Made by a program: the position numbers and the translations under genes. Source: an uncultured Planctomycetaceae bacterium (GTDB lineage Bacteria > Planctomycetota > Planctomycetia > Planctomycetales > Planctomycetaceae). From it: a stretch of DNA of 26,886 nt. The stretch lies in contig CAXBME010000002.1 in assembly GCA_963976765.1 (NCBI GenBank), forward strand, positions 496,001 through 522,886, written 5' to 3'. How positions within the stretch are numbered: the stretch's first letter is position 1; each line of letters begins with the position of its first letter. The notes below the pieces were generated by a model. That model saw only the letters and a list, made by a program, of their open reading frames with translations, was not told the DNA's origin and made no database searches. Shown here one piece after another: positions 18,032 through 25,986 of the stretch.

Positions 18032-19780
18032 ATGATCACAAACCGTGCACAATGGCTGATTCTCCTCGGAGTGGCTGGCAGCGTTATCGGGACGCTGACC
18101 AACAAAGGACTACTCGCGCATGCGTCATTGGCGGTGCTCGCCTGGATCTTCGGAGAATGGTTGCTGTTTCGCTGGCGAGTCGAACTCCAGGTACGTCATC
18201 TTCGTTGCGTCCGTAACGTCAACGGGTCGACCAGTGAATCGGGCACGTTGTGGACCGGTCGACGCGTCAACGTTTCGGTCGAAATCATTCCTGACCGCTC
18301 CCTGCGAATCCCATTCATTCGACTCCGCGACTGGCAGCCTGAGAATCTGACGATCGATCGATCCGAACAACCGGATCGGGCCGAAGACGACTGGCCGAAT
18401 GAGATCGATGCTTCAATCAGCGGCAGAACACCCGTCAAGTTCACCTACGCATGCCGACCAAATGGTGCGGGCATGTTGAGATTTCGTGGCGTCTGCGTGT
18501 GCGTGTTTGATCTTCACGGGTTATTCATCGCTCGCCGGTTTGTCCCTGCTCAACAGAATTTCCGCGTGCTGCCAACGAGCGTCACTATCGACGCGACACA
18601 TCCTTTGGCCAAACGCGTCAATGCATTGCCGCCTCCCGGCATCCACCGATTGCAGCGAGCCGGAATGGGATCCGAACTGCTGGAACTCCGTGAGTATGTT
18701 CCTGGCGATCCGCCGAAGGCCATCGCGTGGAAAGTGTCGGCGCGACGCGATCAGTTAATGACTCGTGAATACGAAAGCGAAGTTCCCATCCGCACGACGA
18801 TCTTCGTTGACTGCTCGTTCGGCACGAAACACGGAGCGTTCGGCCAACGACCGCTGGACCAGATCGTCCGACTGGCCGCCAGCATCGCACGCTCGGCCAT
18901 GTCGGTGCGTGACCCTGTCGGACTGGTGGCGTGTGACGATGCAAAAGCTCAACACATGGCATCGGGCGCCGGCGATCGGCATTTCTTTCAGATGCTCGAT
19001 CGGCTTTCCAAAAAAGCGGTCACCACGTCACCACCGCCCGTTCGATTCACACAGCAGCTCATGGATGAAGCGTGGCGAGTTTGCAGCGAGCTTCATCCGG
19101 AGCTCCTTGAGCCGAAAATCAACCAGGTCCCATTCACCTGGTTTCCAATGCGTCGTGGTAAACGTCTCGATCGTTTTCGCCGAACCCGGTTGGCCGCCGT
19201 GCTGACTGAGCTGTACTCGCTGACGCCCGACCAGCCTCAAAATCTGATCTTCGACGATGTTCATCTGGCTGAGATGTGCCAGCGATTCCTGATCGACGCA
19301 GGCTACGGGTGGACATGGCCAGTCATCGACCGTCGCCCGAACGAGCTTCAGGACTGGCATGGAAAGTTCGAAGTGCTCAGCGACGCATTGACCCAAGTCG
19401 TCGCTCGCTCCCACGATCACGAACTGCTGGTGCTGCTCGTCGATCTGCTCGACCATCCTGATCCGCCTGGCCGTCTGACTGCAGCCATTCGCCTGGCTCG
19501 GGCTCATCATCACCGAGTCATCGTCATCTGCCCATGTCCCGATGACTGTCGCCCAGGTTCGCTCAACATGACCGACCTGAGCAGCAGGCAAAGTCTCTCT
19601 CGCCTGTTGTCACACGCTGATCGCGCGCGACGAATCAATTCTGCCGAGAAACTGCAACGAGCATTGCGACGAATCGGAGTGCCTGTCGCGTTTGCCTCAG
19701 ATGGCCGAGCGGTCCAGCTTGTTCTGGCCGAAGCCGAACTCGCTCGCAGCGGTCGAACGTCTCGAACAGGGAGCCGCTGA
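18032..19780 (+). CDS. DUF58 domain protein (MoxR partner)
   Basis: Two N-terminal TMs and G.GSELLELREYVPGDPPKAIAWKVSAR..LMTREYESE. Directly downstream of moxR. Confidence 0.92.
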   Translation: MITNRAQWLILLGVAGSVIGTLTNKGLLAHASLAVLAWIFGEWLLFRWRVELQVRHLRCVRNVNGSTSESGTLWTGRRVNVSVEIIPDRSLRIPFIRLRDWQPENLTIDRSEQPDRAEDDWPNEIDASISGRTPVKFTYACRPNGAGMLRFRGVCVCVFDLHGLFIARRFVPAQQNFRVLPTSVTIDATHPLAKRVNALPPPGIHRLQRAGMGSELLELREYVPGDPPKAIAWKVSARRDQLMTREYESEVPIRTTIFVDCSFGTKHGAFGQRPLDQIVRLAASIARSAMSVRDPVGLVACDDAKAQHMASGAGDRHFFQMLDRLSKKAVTTSPPPVRFTQQLMDEAWRVCSELHPELLEPKINQVPFTWFPMRRGKRLDRFRRTRLAAVLTELYSLTPDQPQNLIFDDVHLAEMCQRFLIDAGYGWTWPVIDRRPNELQDWHGKFEVLSDALTQVVARSHDHELLVLLVDLLDHPDPPGRLTAAIRLARAHHHRVIVICPCPDDCRPGSLNMTDLSSRQSLSRLLSHADRARRINSAEKLQRALRRIGVPVAFASDGRAVQLVLAEAELARSGRTSRTGSR

Positions 19781-20595
19781 TGATGCAGCACGCCAGCGAT
19801 CGCCGCCCCGGATCTGGTTCCTCGAAGAATGGCATTCCTTCGAACAATACCCTCGTCGCGTCAACGGCTTATATCATCCTGACGGGGCTGAGCGCGTTCT
19901 TCGTTTCGCTCTGGTTTTCGCCCGATGACTCGATCATCGCAATCCTGATCGCCGTCTTTTTCGTCATGACGCTTGGCATTCGATTCTGGTCGGTGGCGTT
20001 GATCTTTCTGATGGTTCAGGTTGGACTGTTTTTTGCCGAACCTGGCTCCGTTGGCGGTTACAGCTCGTCGCCCGGCAGTTCGCTGGTGTCTATCGGCGTG
20101 TTGTCATTGCTGATTTCCTGCTGCCGGTATTTGACGCTGACATCGTCGCCTGCTCCGTATCGACTTTCGAATCGGTCATCAGTCCAGGTTGCCTTTTTTC
20201 ATGCCACCCGTGAGCCTCGCCAGGCATTTGCGCCCTTTGGAGTGCTCTCACGAAATGAATCAACGGTTGGTTCCGCCGAACTCTTCACGATGCTGGGCAG
20301 AGCCGTGATTCCCGTCATGGCCATCTCGTTCATGCTCGCAATCGTCCCGCTCGATCCAGACACGCCTGAAATCGCGAGGTTGATCCCACCCGCCGTCAGA
20401 ACAATCACGCTGGGAATCATTCTGCTGGTGATCTGCGTCCTGGCTAACAGCTTGTTGAGCATTCTTGTCTGGCGGAAACTTTCTCCTGCGGAAGCTCGAA
20501 TCTTCGCACGAAGCGAACTGTCAAAATGGATCCATCGAGAAGTCTCACGCGTCTCACGCCGACGGATTCGATTCCGAAATTCCCGTCGCTACTGA
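19780..20595 (+). CDS. Hypothetical multi-pass membrane protein
   Basis: TGATG overlap with the DUF58 stop, about 6 hydrophobic segments, and a basic C-terminus. Confidence 0.8.
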   Translation: MMQHASDRRPGSGSSKNGIPSNNTLVASTAYIILTGLSAFFVSLWFSPDDSIIAILIAVFFVMTLGIRFWSVALIFLMVQVGLFFAEPGSVGGYSSSPGSSLVSIGVLSLLISCCRYLTLTSSPAPYRLSNRSSVQVAFFHATREPRQAFAPFGVLSRNESTVGSAELFTMLGRAVIPVMAISFMLAIVPLDPDTPEIARLIPPAVRTITLGIILLVICVLANSLLSILVWRKLSPAEARIFARSELSKWIHREVSRVSRRRIRFRNSRRY

Positions 20596-20638
20596 AAACG
20601 TATTTCTGAGTTGAGCTCAACTATTTCAAGAATGTTCT

Positions 20639-20710
20639 GCCACAGAGAACGCCTCGGTCACCGAGAAAGAACATTAAGAACAACTCCGTGGCTCTTGTAA
20701 TCTCCGTGGC
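20639..20710. repeat. Degenerate REP-like intergenic inverted repeat
   Basis: GCCACAGAGA (20639-20648) pairs with TCTCCGTGGC (20701-20710) with 1 mismatch. There is a second CTCCGTGGC at 20684-20692 and an inner CTCGGT-C-ACCGAG palindrome. Confidence 0.55.
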
Positions 20711-20819
20711 TGCAAACTTCCGAAATCAATGCAGTCCATCCTTCAGAATCCGCTCCTCGCGTATTCTGTTTCCTGAGCAGAACGTTCCATCTTCAAAGCC
20801 ATTTATAAGGGTAAACCTG

Positions 20820-21047
20820 ATGTTCAAGACCCGAGAAATCGCAGGCTGGCTTCTTGTCCTGTTCGGCCTTTACCTGCTGAGAATGGGGCTGGACTTTGTT
20901 GGCGACCGAAAAGTCGTCGAAGCCAGCGTTGTCGTCTTCGCCGCAATGGCCGTCTTTCGAGGGGGCATTCAACTGGTCAAAGTCGCCACCGCCGCCCACG
21001 TCTGTCTGACCGCCGAGCAACATGCTGGCACAAACAATCAGACATAA
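20820..21047 (+). CDS. Small two-TM membrane protein
   Basis: 75 aa from ATG 20820 (MFKTREIAGWLLVLFGLYLL...VVEASVVVFAAMAVFRGGIQLVKVATAA), with two clear hydrophobic helices. Co-oriented with the MoxR operon. Confidence 0.75.
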   Translation: MFKTREIAGWLLVLFGLYLLRMGLDFVGDRKVVEASVVVFAAMAVFRGGIQLVKVATAAHVCLTAEQHAGTNNQT

Positions 21048-21569
21048 GCTCAGAAAACCTTCTCGCCTTACGGAGTCGCGACAGCGCGTATTTCGATAGT
21101 TCCTGTGGCTGTTGCGTTTCCGTTTTTCTGACTCGACGATGGCGGTGATGGTGGCTTTGCATCGCATGGAGTGGCAACCCTTGCTTGATGGCACCGCGAT
21201 CGTTTGACACTGGCCAGTCAGTTTCTCCCCGGCGCGCTGGCGCATGATCCACCGCCGTGCAGAATGTCTGACCAGAATGACCGGGCACGAGTTGCCGGAA
21301 CACGGCCTTGCTGTTTCAGCAGGAGCCAGTTCCAGAGATGTCATCGCATCAAGTCTCACCGGAAAGCGGTTGACGCTGAAGTGGTACGGAGGAAGGCCAC
21401 GCAGAACGATCGCCGGGAAATCCCGCTTCTTCTTACTTTCAACTTGACGCAGTTGTCCTCACCGACGCTCGCGTACCAAGCTGGTGCAGTGGCTGAAGAC
21501 TGATTCTGAAGCTCCACAACGAATTCACCGCCCGATCCTTACCCGTTCACGTCAAAATTCGAGCCCTTC

Positions 21570-21598
21570 TTGCGAGTAGCGTGCCTGTCTGGCAGAAT
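21570..21598 (+). promoter_or_regulatory. Candidate sigma70 promoter of tRNA-Arg
   Basis: TTGCGA-17bp-CAGAAT with a TGn extension and a GC-rich discriminator, ending 22 bp before the tRNA. Confidence 0.4.
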
Positions 21599-21620
21599 CC
21601 GCCCGCAGCAACCACTGCCC

Positions 21621-21694
21621 GCCCCCGTAGCTCAGCTGGATAGAGCACAGCTTTCCTAAAGCTGGGGTCACAGGTTCGAATCCTGTCGGGGGTA
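21621..21694 (+). tRNA. tRNA-Arg (anticodon CCT)
   Basis: Full cloverleaf: acceptor GCCCCCG/CGGGGGT, D arm GCTC/GAGC, anticodon stem CAGCT/AGCTG with loop TTCCTAA, T arm ACAGG-TTCGAAT-CCTGT. CCA is not encoded. Confidence 0.97.
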
Positions 21695-22429
21695 TCTTCT
21701 GTTCAGTACCAGGCCGCAAGGCTTCGTTTCTGGCTGTATTCTAATTGTCGGCTGATCGTCGCACGGCTCGTCACGGTCGCTTGCGGCGGCATACTGCACC
21801 GGATTCTGCACCGCGTTCGCAGGTGCCTCGACGGCTTTGCAGGCTTCCTCAAAGTGGGCGTCCGTCGTTTGCAGATAGTGCTTCATCGCGACGCGCGGCG
21901 AGTTTCCCAGCCAGTCTGTGACAACGTGGATGGCGAATCGTTCCGCCAGTTCAGTCTCGCGAGTCGAACGACAGTTTGTGAATGGCTTTTTCCAGGGTGT
22001 CAGGCCAGCCTTCTCGACGATGCGATTGAATTGCGTCCGCAGATTGGCGTTGGTATTGCGGTAACGAGTGATCACAAATCGTGCTCCCTCTTCAGCCTGA
22101 TCAAATGCTGCTTCCAAGTGAACGCGGATTTCTGGAAAAAGCGGGATCGTTCGCTGTTTGGTTTTGTGCCTGCAAATGGTGAGCCGATTTATGTCCCAGT
22201 GAACGCAGTCCCAAGTCAGATCGAGCGGCTCTGACGGGCAGCGCTGGCCGCCAAATCGGACAAGCGCGAACAGCAGTCGCCATTCAACGTCCGGGCAGGC
22301 GTCAATAACCTTGTCGGCCATTTCACGTGTAACGAAAAACAGGCGAGACTCATCAGCCTGTACCGAGCAACCCTTGATGTCGGCAAACAGATCAGATTCG
22401 ATCAGCCTTCGCCGATGAGCCGCACGCAA
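21668..22429 (-). pseudogene. Phage/island tyrosine integrase, 5'-truncated
   Basis: Catalytic domain is present (ALVRFGGQRCPSE, HKTKQRTIPLFPE, FTNCRSTRETEL, WLGNS, KHYLQ). Integrase-like sequence starts abruptly at LRAAHRRRLI, and the DNA upstream belongs to the helicase gene, so the N-terminal binding domains are missing. Confidence 0.85.
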
Positions 22430-23064
22430 CTTCCCAGCTCTGCCGCACGGTGGCCCCGATTTGCAGACTGCCCGACAATCGTTAGGAAGCGTGACTGCCA
22501 GTTCCTTTGCGGTCGTGATGCACGAAGACAATGGCGACATCGAATTCTTCCGCCAGTTGCACCAGCGGCGACAGCGCGGCGCGGATGTCGCCTTGATCGT
22601 TTGAGCGGACACCGGCTAGAAACGCGGCCAGCGGGTCGAGAATGATCAGACGCGGTCGGTCAAAGTTGCTCCAGAGCGCTCCGCAGGACGTCGGCAGCTT
22701 CCATAATGGAGAACGTCTTGTTCTCGACGACATCTTCACCGCTCGACAGTTCGACACCGGATATTCGACGGACTCGGTTCAGGTCTGCCCTGGCGGCGTC
22801 CAGTCGCGGCCTTTGCACGATGGAGACAGCGTCTTCGACGTTGACCAGGATGACGTCTCCGGGTTCTTCGGCTGGCGAACCGTCCGGCCAGTTGGTTCCC
22901 GTCGTCACCCGCGCGACGATATCAATCATCAGGAACCACTTGCCGCCTGCCGGGTTCCCCGAAATGACCGTCAGCATTCCTGTCGGGATTCGCCCTGGCC
23001 ACAACCAGCGGAGTGTCTCGGCTTTGACTTTCGAGAAGAATTGCAGGATAGCCCGTCGCGTCAA
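22425..23064 (-). pseudogene. RepA/AAA_25-like (RecA-fold) helicase pseudogene
   Basis: WLWPGRIP.G.LTVISGNPAGGKW (degenerate Walker A), VNVED..RPRL..A.ADL.RV, then a +1 frameshift at about 22662-22664, then LIILDPL (Walker B)..LAEEFDVAIVFVHH.RK, an in-frame TAA at 22482-22484 and RLSGSLQIGATVR. Truncated at about 22425. Confidence 0.85.
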
Positions 23065-23278
23065 CCTGGGACTTTCCGACCGATCCGAGTTTGTTCGGGG
23101 GATCCACGGCTTTGTGGAATGCTGGATCGCGATTCGCGACGATGGGCACTAAGCGCTGACCGGCTGCTGGACAGCTCTATCGAATCTCTACAAGTCGAGA
23201 CTTTCCTGAGGCCGAATTGCGGTCGTACGCGATGAGCCGTGGCCGACCGTGCTTACAGTCTGTCCGAGACCGACTCGG

Positions 23279-24285
23279 TCATCGCGGTTTGCGATGTCGG
23301 TCCAGAGGGCTGCACCCGCTGGCACCGGGACGGTTCAGGACGTGCGTGTAGATCATTGTTGTCGATACATCTTTGTGGCCGCGCAATTCCTGCACGGTGC
23401 GAATGTCTGTGCCAGACTCGATCAAATGCGTGGCAAAACTGTGTCGAAGTAAGTGGCATGTTGCCGGTTTGCAGATCTTTGCCGCTACGACTGCTCGCTT
23501 CACTGCTTTTTGAATGGTCGATTCGCCCAGATGGTGTCGTCGCACCACCTTGTTACGGGGAGCCGCTTGTCACCACGCGCTCGGGATGTTCCGGACAAGT
23601 CGCTAAGCTCGACTTCAAACACATTCAAACAGACGAAGAGCAACGCAGAAAAAGCTTGGTTTTGCGTGCTGGCCGCCACATTTCGCTCGACGGCCAGATG
23701 CTCCAGAAATGCTCGCACTTCAGTCGTTCCCAGTTCACGGGGATCGGACTCACCGTGAGGCACGACGTACCGTTCGAGCCAGTCGAGGTAAGCCTGCTCG
23801 GTTGCCAGGGCGTAGTGCTGAGTTCTTAATGCGCGTTGGACTTGCTGATACCACTCTGGGCGAGACTGATCCACCAGAACGGCGACTTCCTTCATCGTCT
23901 GTCCGTCGTCAACGGTTGAACCTGCACCACCACGGAGCAGGTCGGTAATTCGCCGAGTATCGATTTCCGTCACCCCAATGACATTCCGCAGGAACAGAAC
24001 TACGGCCTGTTGAGCCTGTTTCCGTTGCCATTCGGGCGGAGAGAATCGGCGATGCTGGTCGATCAGGAACGCGGCAACGTCGTTGTCGTTGAGCGTCCGA
24101 AACGACCGCCTGACAGTGCTTGTGCGAAAAGCATCGAACCGTTCGATCCAACGGACAAAGAATTTCCGAGATTTCAATGGCACTCGGCGGTTTATCATTA
24201 CCGGTTGAAACAACTCAATTGCTTCGGCCAATGTCTCAGGACGACCGCTCTCGGACGCGGTATCACGATTCATTTCCGAACTCAT
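23279..24285 (-). pseudogene. intI: Integron integrase with internal deletion and frameshift
   Basis: N-part: LRTQHYALATEQAY..W, EVRAFLEHLAVERNVAASTQNQAFSALLF, RLPV. C-part in another frame: [61 protein letters not shown]. The YGxGLR and GKGxKDR segments are absent. Divergent from the attC array. Confidence 0.93.
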
Positions 24286-24415
24286 CAGTCACCCTTCGAT
24301 CTCAGGATGCGGTCACCGTTCCTTGCTTACCGTGTCAGGCCGATTCCTTAGTTACCGGATCAGGCCGCGTACCGACAACACATACGTGTTCATTAATAAT
24401 AAGCAATCCAATCTC

Positions 24416-24444
24416 TTGACGGATACTACCTATGGCCGTACTTT
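24416..24444 (+). promoter_or_regulatory. Candidate cassette promoter Pc
   Basis: TTGACG (24416-24421), 17-bp spacer, TACTTT (24439-24444), with an AT-rich tract upstream. Points at attI about 125 bp downstream. Confidence 0.7.
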
Positions 24445-24499
24445 CACTGGTGATGACGAATGCAGATTGATTGCCGGCATTCAAACTGGACAAGGCTGA

Positions 24500-24578
24500 T
24501 TGCTTTGCCGGCCAGACAAAAGCCGCGTACAGGATCTTCCGGCAAAGGCCGCGTCCACGGAATTACAAGTTATTTGGC
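24500..24578 (+). other. attI site; crossover G|TT at 24569-24570
   Basis: GTTATTTGGC (24569-24578) is the exact reverse complement of GCCAAATAAC (25095-25104) at the end of cassette 1, as expected for an integrated cassette. There is no attC-type left arm upstream. Left boundary approximate. Confidence 0.8.
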
Positions 24579-24584
24579 GAAAAC

Positions 24585-25103
24585 ATGGATGCAACCACCG
24601 AGCTTCATCTTCGTCAAACCGCCGCGTGGTGTTTGCATACCGCCAACGCAGATGATCTCGCCGCTTCGACGCGAACCAAGGAGATACGACCAGACCTATT
24701 TGCCAACTGCGATCACATCGCGAGACTCGATGTGATTCACAAGACCACAGGTACCCTACCGGTTGCCGTCCAACAGATTTGCCAGCGGCGCGCAGCGTTA
24801 ATCAACAAACTCGGACTGAAGCTTCCCGCCGTGGACTACTGCATGGTCGCGGGTCGTCTATTCGGCACTGACTTTGACACTGACTCCTGCGAAGCCGCAA
24901 CTGACGTTTCAAATGGGTTCTTCGATCTGTCAGATATTCCGGGGTGGGATACTTGGTTCGCATACGAACCACACGATCACATTCAGGGACGCGTGTACGG
25001 TTGGATTCCCAATGAGATAACTGCTCCAGTGGGTCGTGGCATCTGGGCGATACCCGTGGACTCGGTTTGGTGGGTCGGCGCTATTCCCGAAACTGCCAAA
25101 TAA
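24585..25103 (+). CDS. Cassette 1: hypothetical protein (172 aa)
   Basis: ATG 16 bp after the attI G. Stop TAA lies within the R'' box of attC1. Contains GRLF..D...EAA..VSNGFFD..DIPGWDTWF. Confidence 0.85.
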   Translation: MDATTELHLRQTAAWCLHTANADDLAASTRTKEIRPDLFANCDHIARLDVIHKTTGTLPVAVQQICQRRAALINKLGLKLPAVDYCMVAGRLFGTDFDTDSCEAATDVSNGFFDLSDIPGWDTWFAYEPHDHIQGRVYGWIPNEITAPVGRGIWAIPVDSVWWVGAIPETAK

Positions 25104-25188
25104 CAACACAATGCACCCGAGCGGCGAAGTCGGGCGTGTTTTGAATGGACAATCTCTCGTCGCCGCCGGGTGATTGTGGACGTTAGCC
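25098..25188 (+). other. attC site 1 (91 bp)
   Basis: R'' AAATAAC and R' GTTAGCC. Arms CACAAT-g-CACCCG-a-GCGGCGA and TCGCCGC-CGGGTG-ATTGTG pair perfectly apart from two extrahelical bases. Confidence 0.93.
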
Positions 25189-25206
25189 ACGAAGAACGAA
25201 TTGCTC

Positions 25207-25986
25207 ATGAGTACGGAATCAGATGCCCCTGTCGAGCCTGACGTTGGACAGTCTGCGGACGTCGACGCTAAAGCGGATCCCGGTATCATTGCTCCCGAAA
25301 GCGACACATCAGCCAAAACCGACAAGAAGTCACTTGCTGAAGTCGCAAACGAAATATTCGTTACCACGTGCTTCGGAAGCATGGGCATGATCTCCGGCGG
25401 TGGCCTGTCCGTCTTCGTGCTAATGGCACTATATCAATACTATTTCCCAGGTGATAAGGCCGCGGAGACGTCAACTGAGCCGCCAACGCTCGAACTGGCC
25501 GGCCGCATAGTGTCGGACACGCTGACATTCGTCGTTCTCGCAGTGATTTCCGTGATGGCTGTTTACGCAATTCGTGAAATCGTAAGAAGCGAACAACGCC
25601 CAAAAGTCAAACGCGCCAAGTACATAGCCACAATGATCGGATTAATATGCGTAGCGTTGCTCTTCAAAGAGCGTTTTCTAGATCAGCTCTTTATCGGCCA
25701 AGACGTGCACTCAGTGGTGAAAGTCCTTCTGTTCGGCGGTGCGGCGGCAGGCGGTTGGTTTGCTTGGTATCTCAAGCAGCTGAAAGAATATGGAGAGTTC
25801 TTTGAAGTCTTTCTGCTCACATTTGTATCCGGGTTCGCGTGGTACGCCCGCTTCTCACCCTCCGATGAAGTTCAATGGGTTGCAGTTGCGTTTGTTCTCT
25901 CGCCCCTTTTTCGGATTGGCAAAGACTACATCGACTCTGATCGAGCAGACGCACAAGCGGTTGCCGCGAAGACAAAAAGTGTCTAA
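25207..25986 (+). CDS. Cassette 2: hypothetical multi-pass membrane protein (259 aa)
   Basis: ATG 25 bp after the attC1 crossover. Acidic N-terminus and about 6-7 TM segments. Stop lies within R'' of attC2. Cassette ends GTTAGCCAC and GTGTCTAAC are complementary with 1 mismatch. Confidence 0.85.
   Translation: MSTESDAPVEPDVGQSADVDAKADPGIIAPESDTSAKTDKKSLAEVANEIFVTTCFGSMGMISGGGLSVFVLMALYQYYFPGDKAAETSTEPPTLELAGRIVSDTLTFVVLAVISVMAVYAIREIVRSEQRPKVKRAKYIATMIGLICVALLFKERFLDQLFIGQDVHSVVKVLLFGGAAAGGWFAWYLKQLKEYGEFFEVFLLTFVSGFAWYARFSPSDEVQWVAVAFVLSPLFRIGKDYIDSDRADAQAVAAKTKSV

Noticed and set aside
21668..22612. 314-aa ORF as an intact integrase
   Set aside because: The first ~60 aa are out-of-frame helicase DNA and the N-terminal binding domains are missing.
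23279..24285. Programmed frameshift producing an active IntI
   Set aside because: Joining the frames would still lack the catalytic Arg and Lys segments, so this is a deletion and not recoding.
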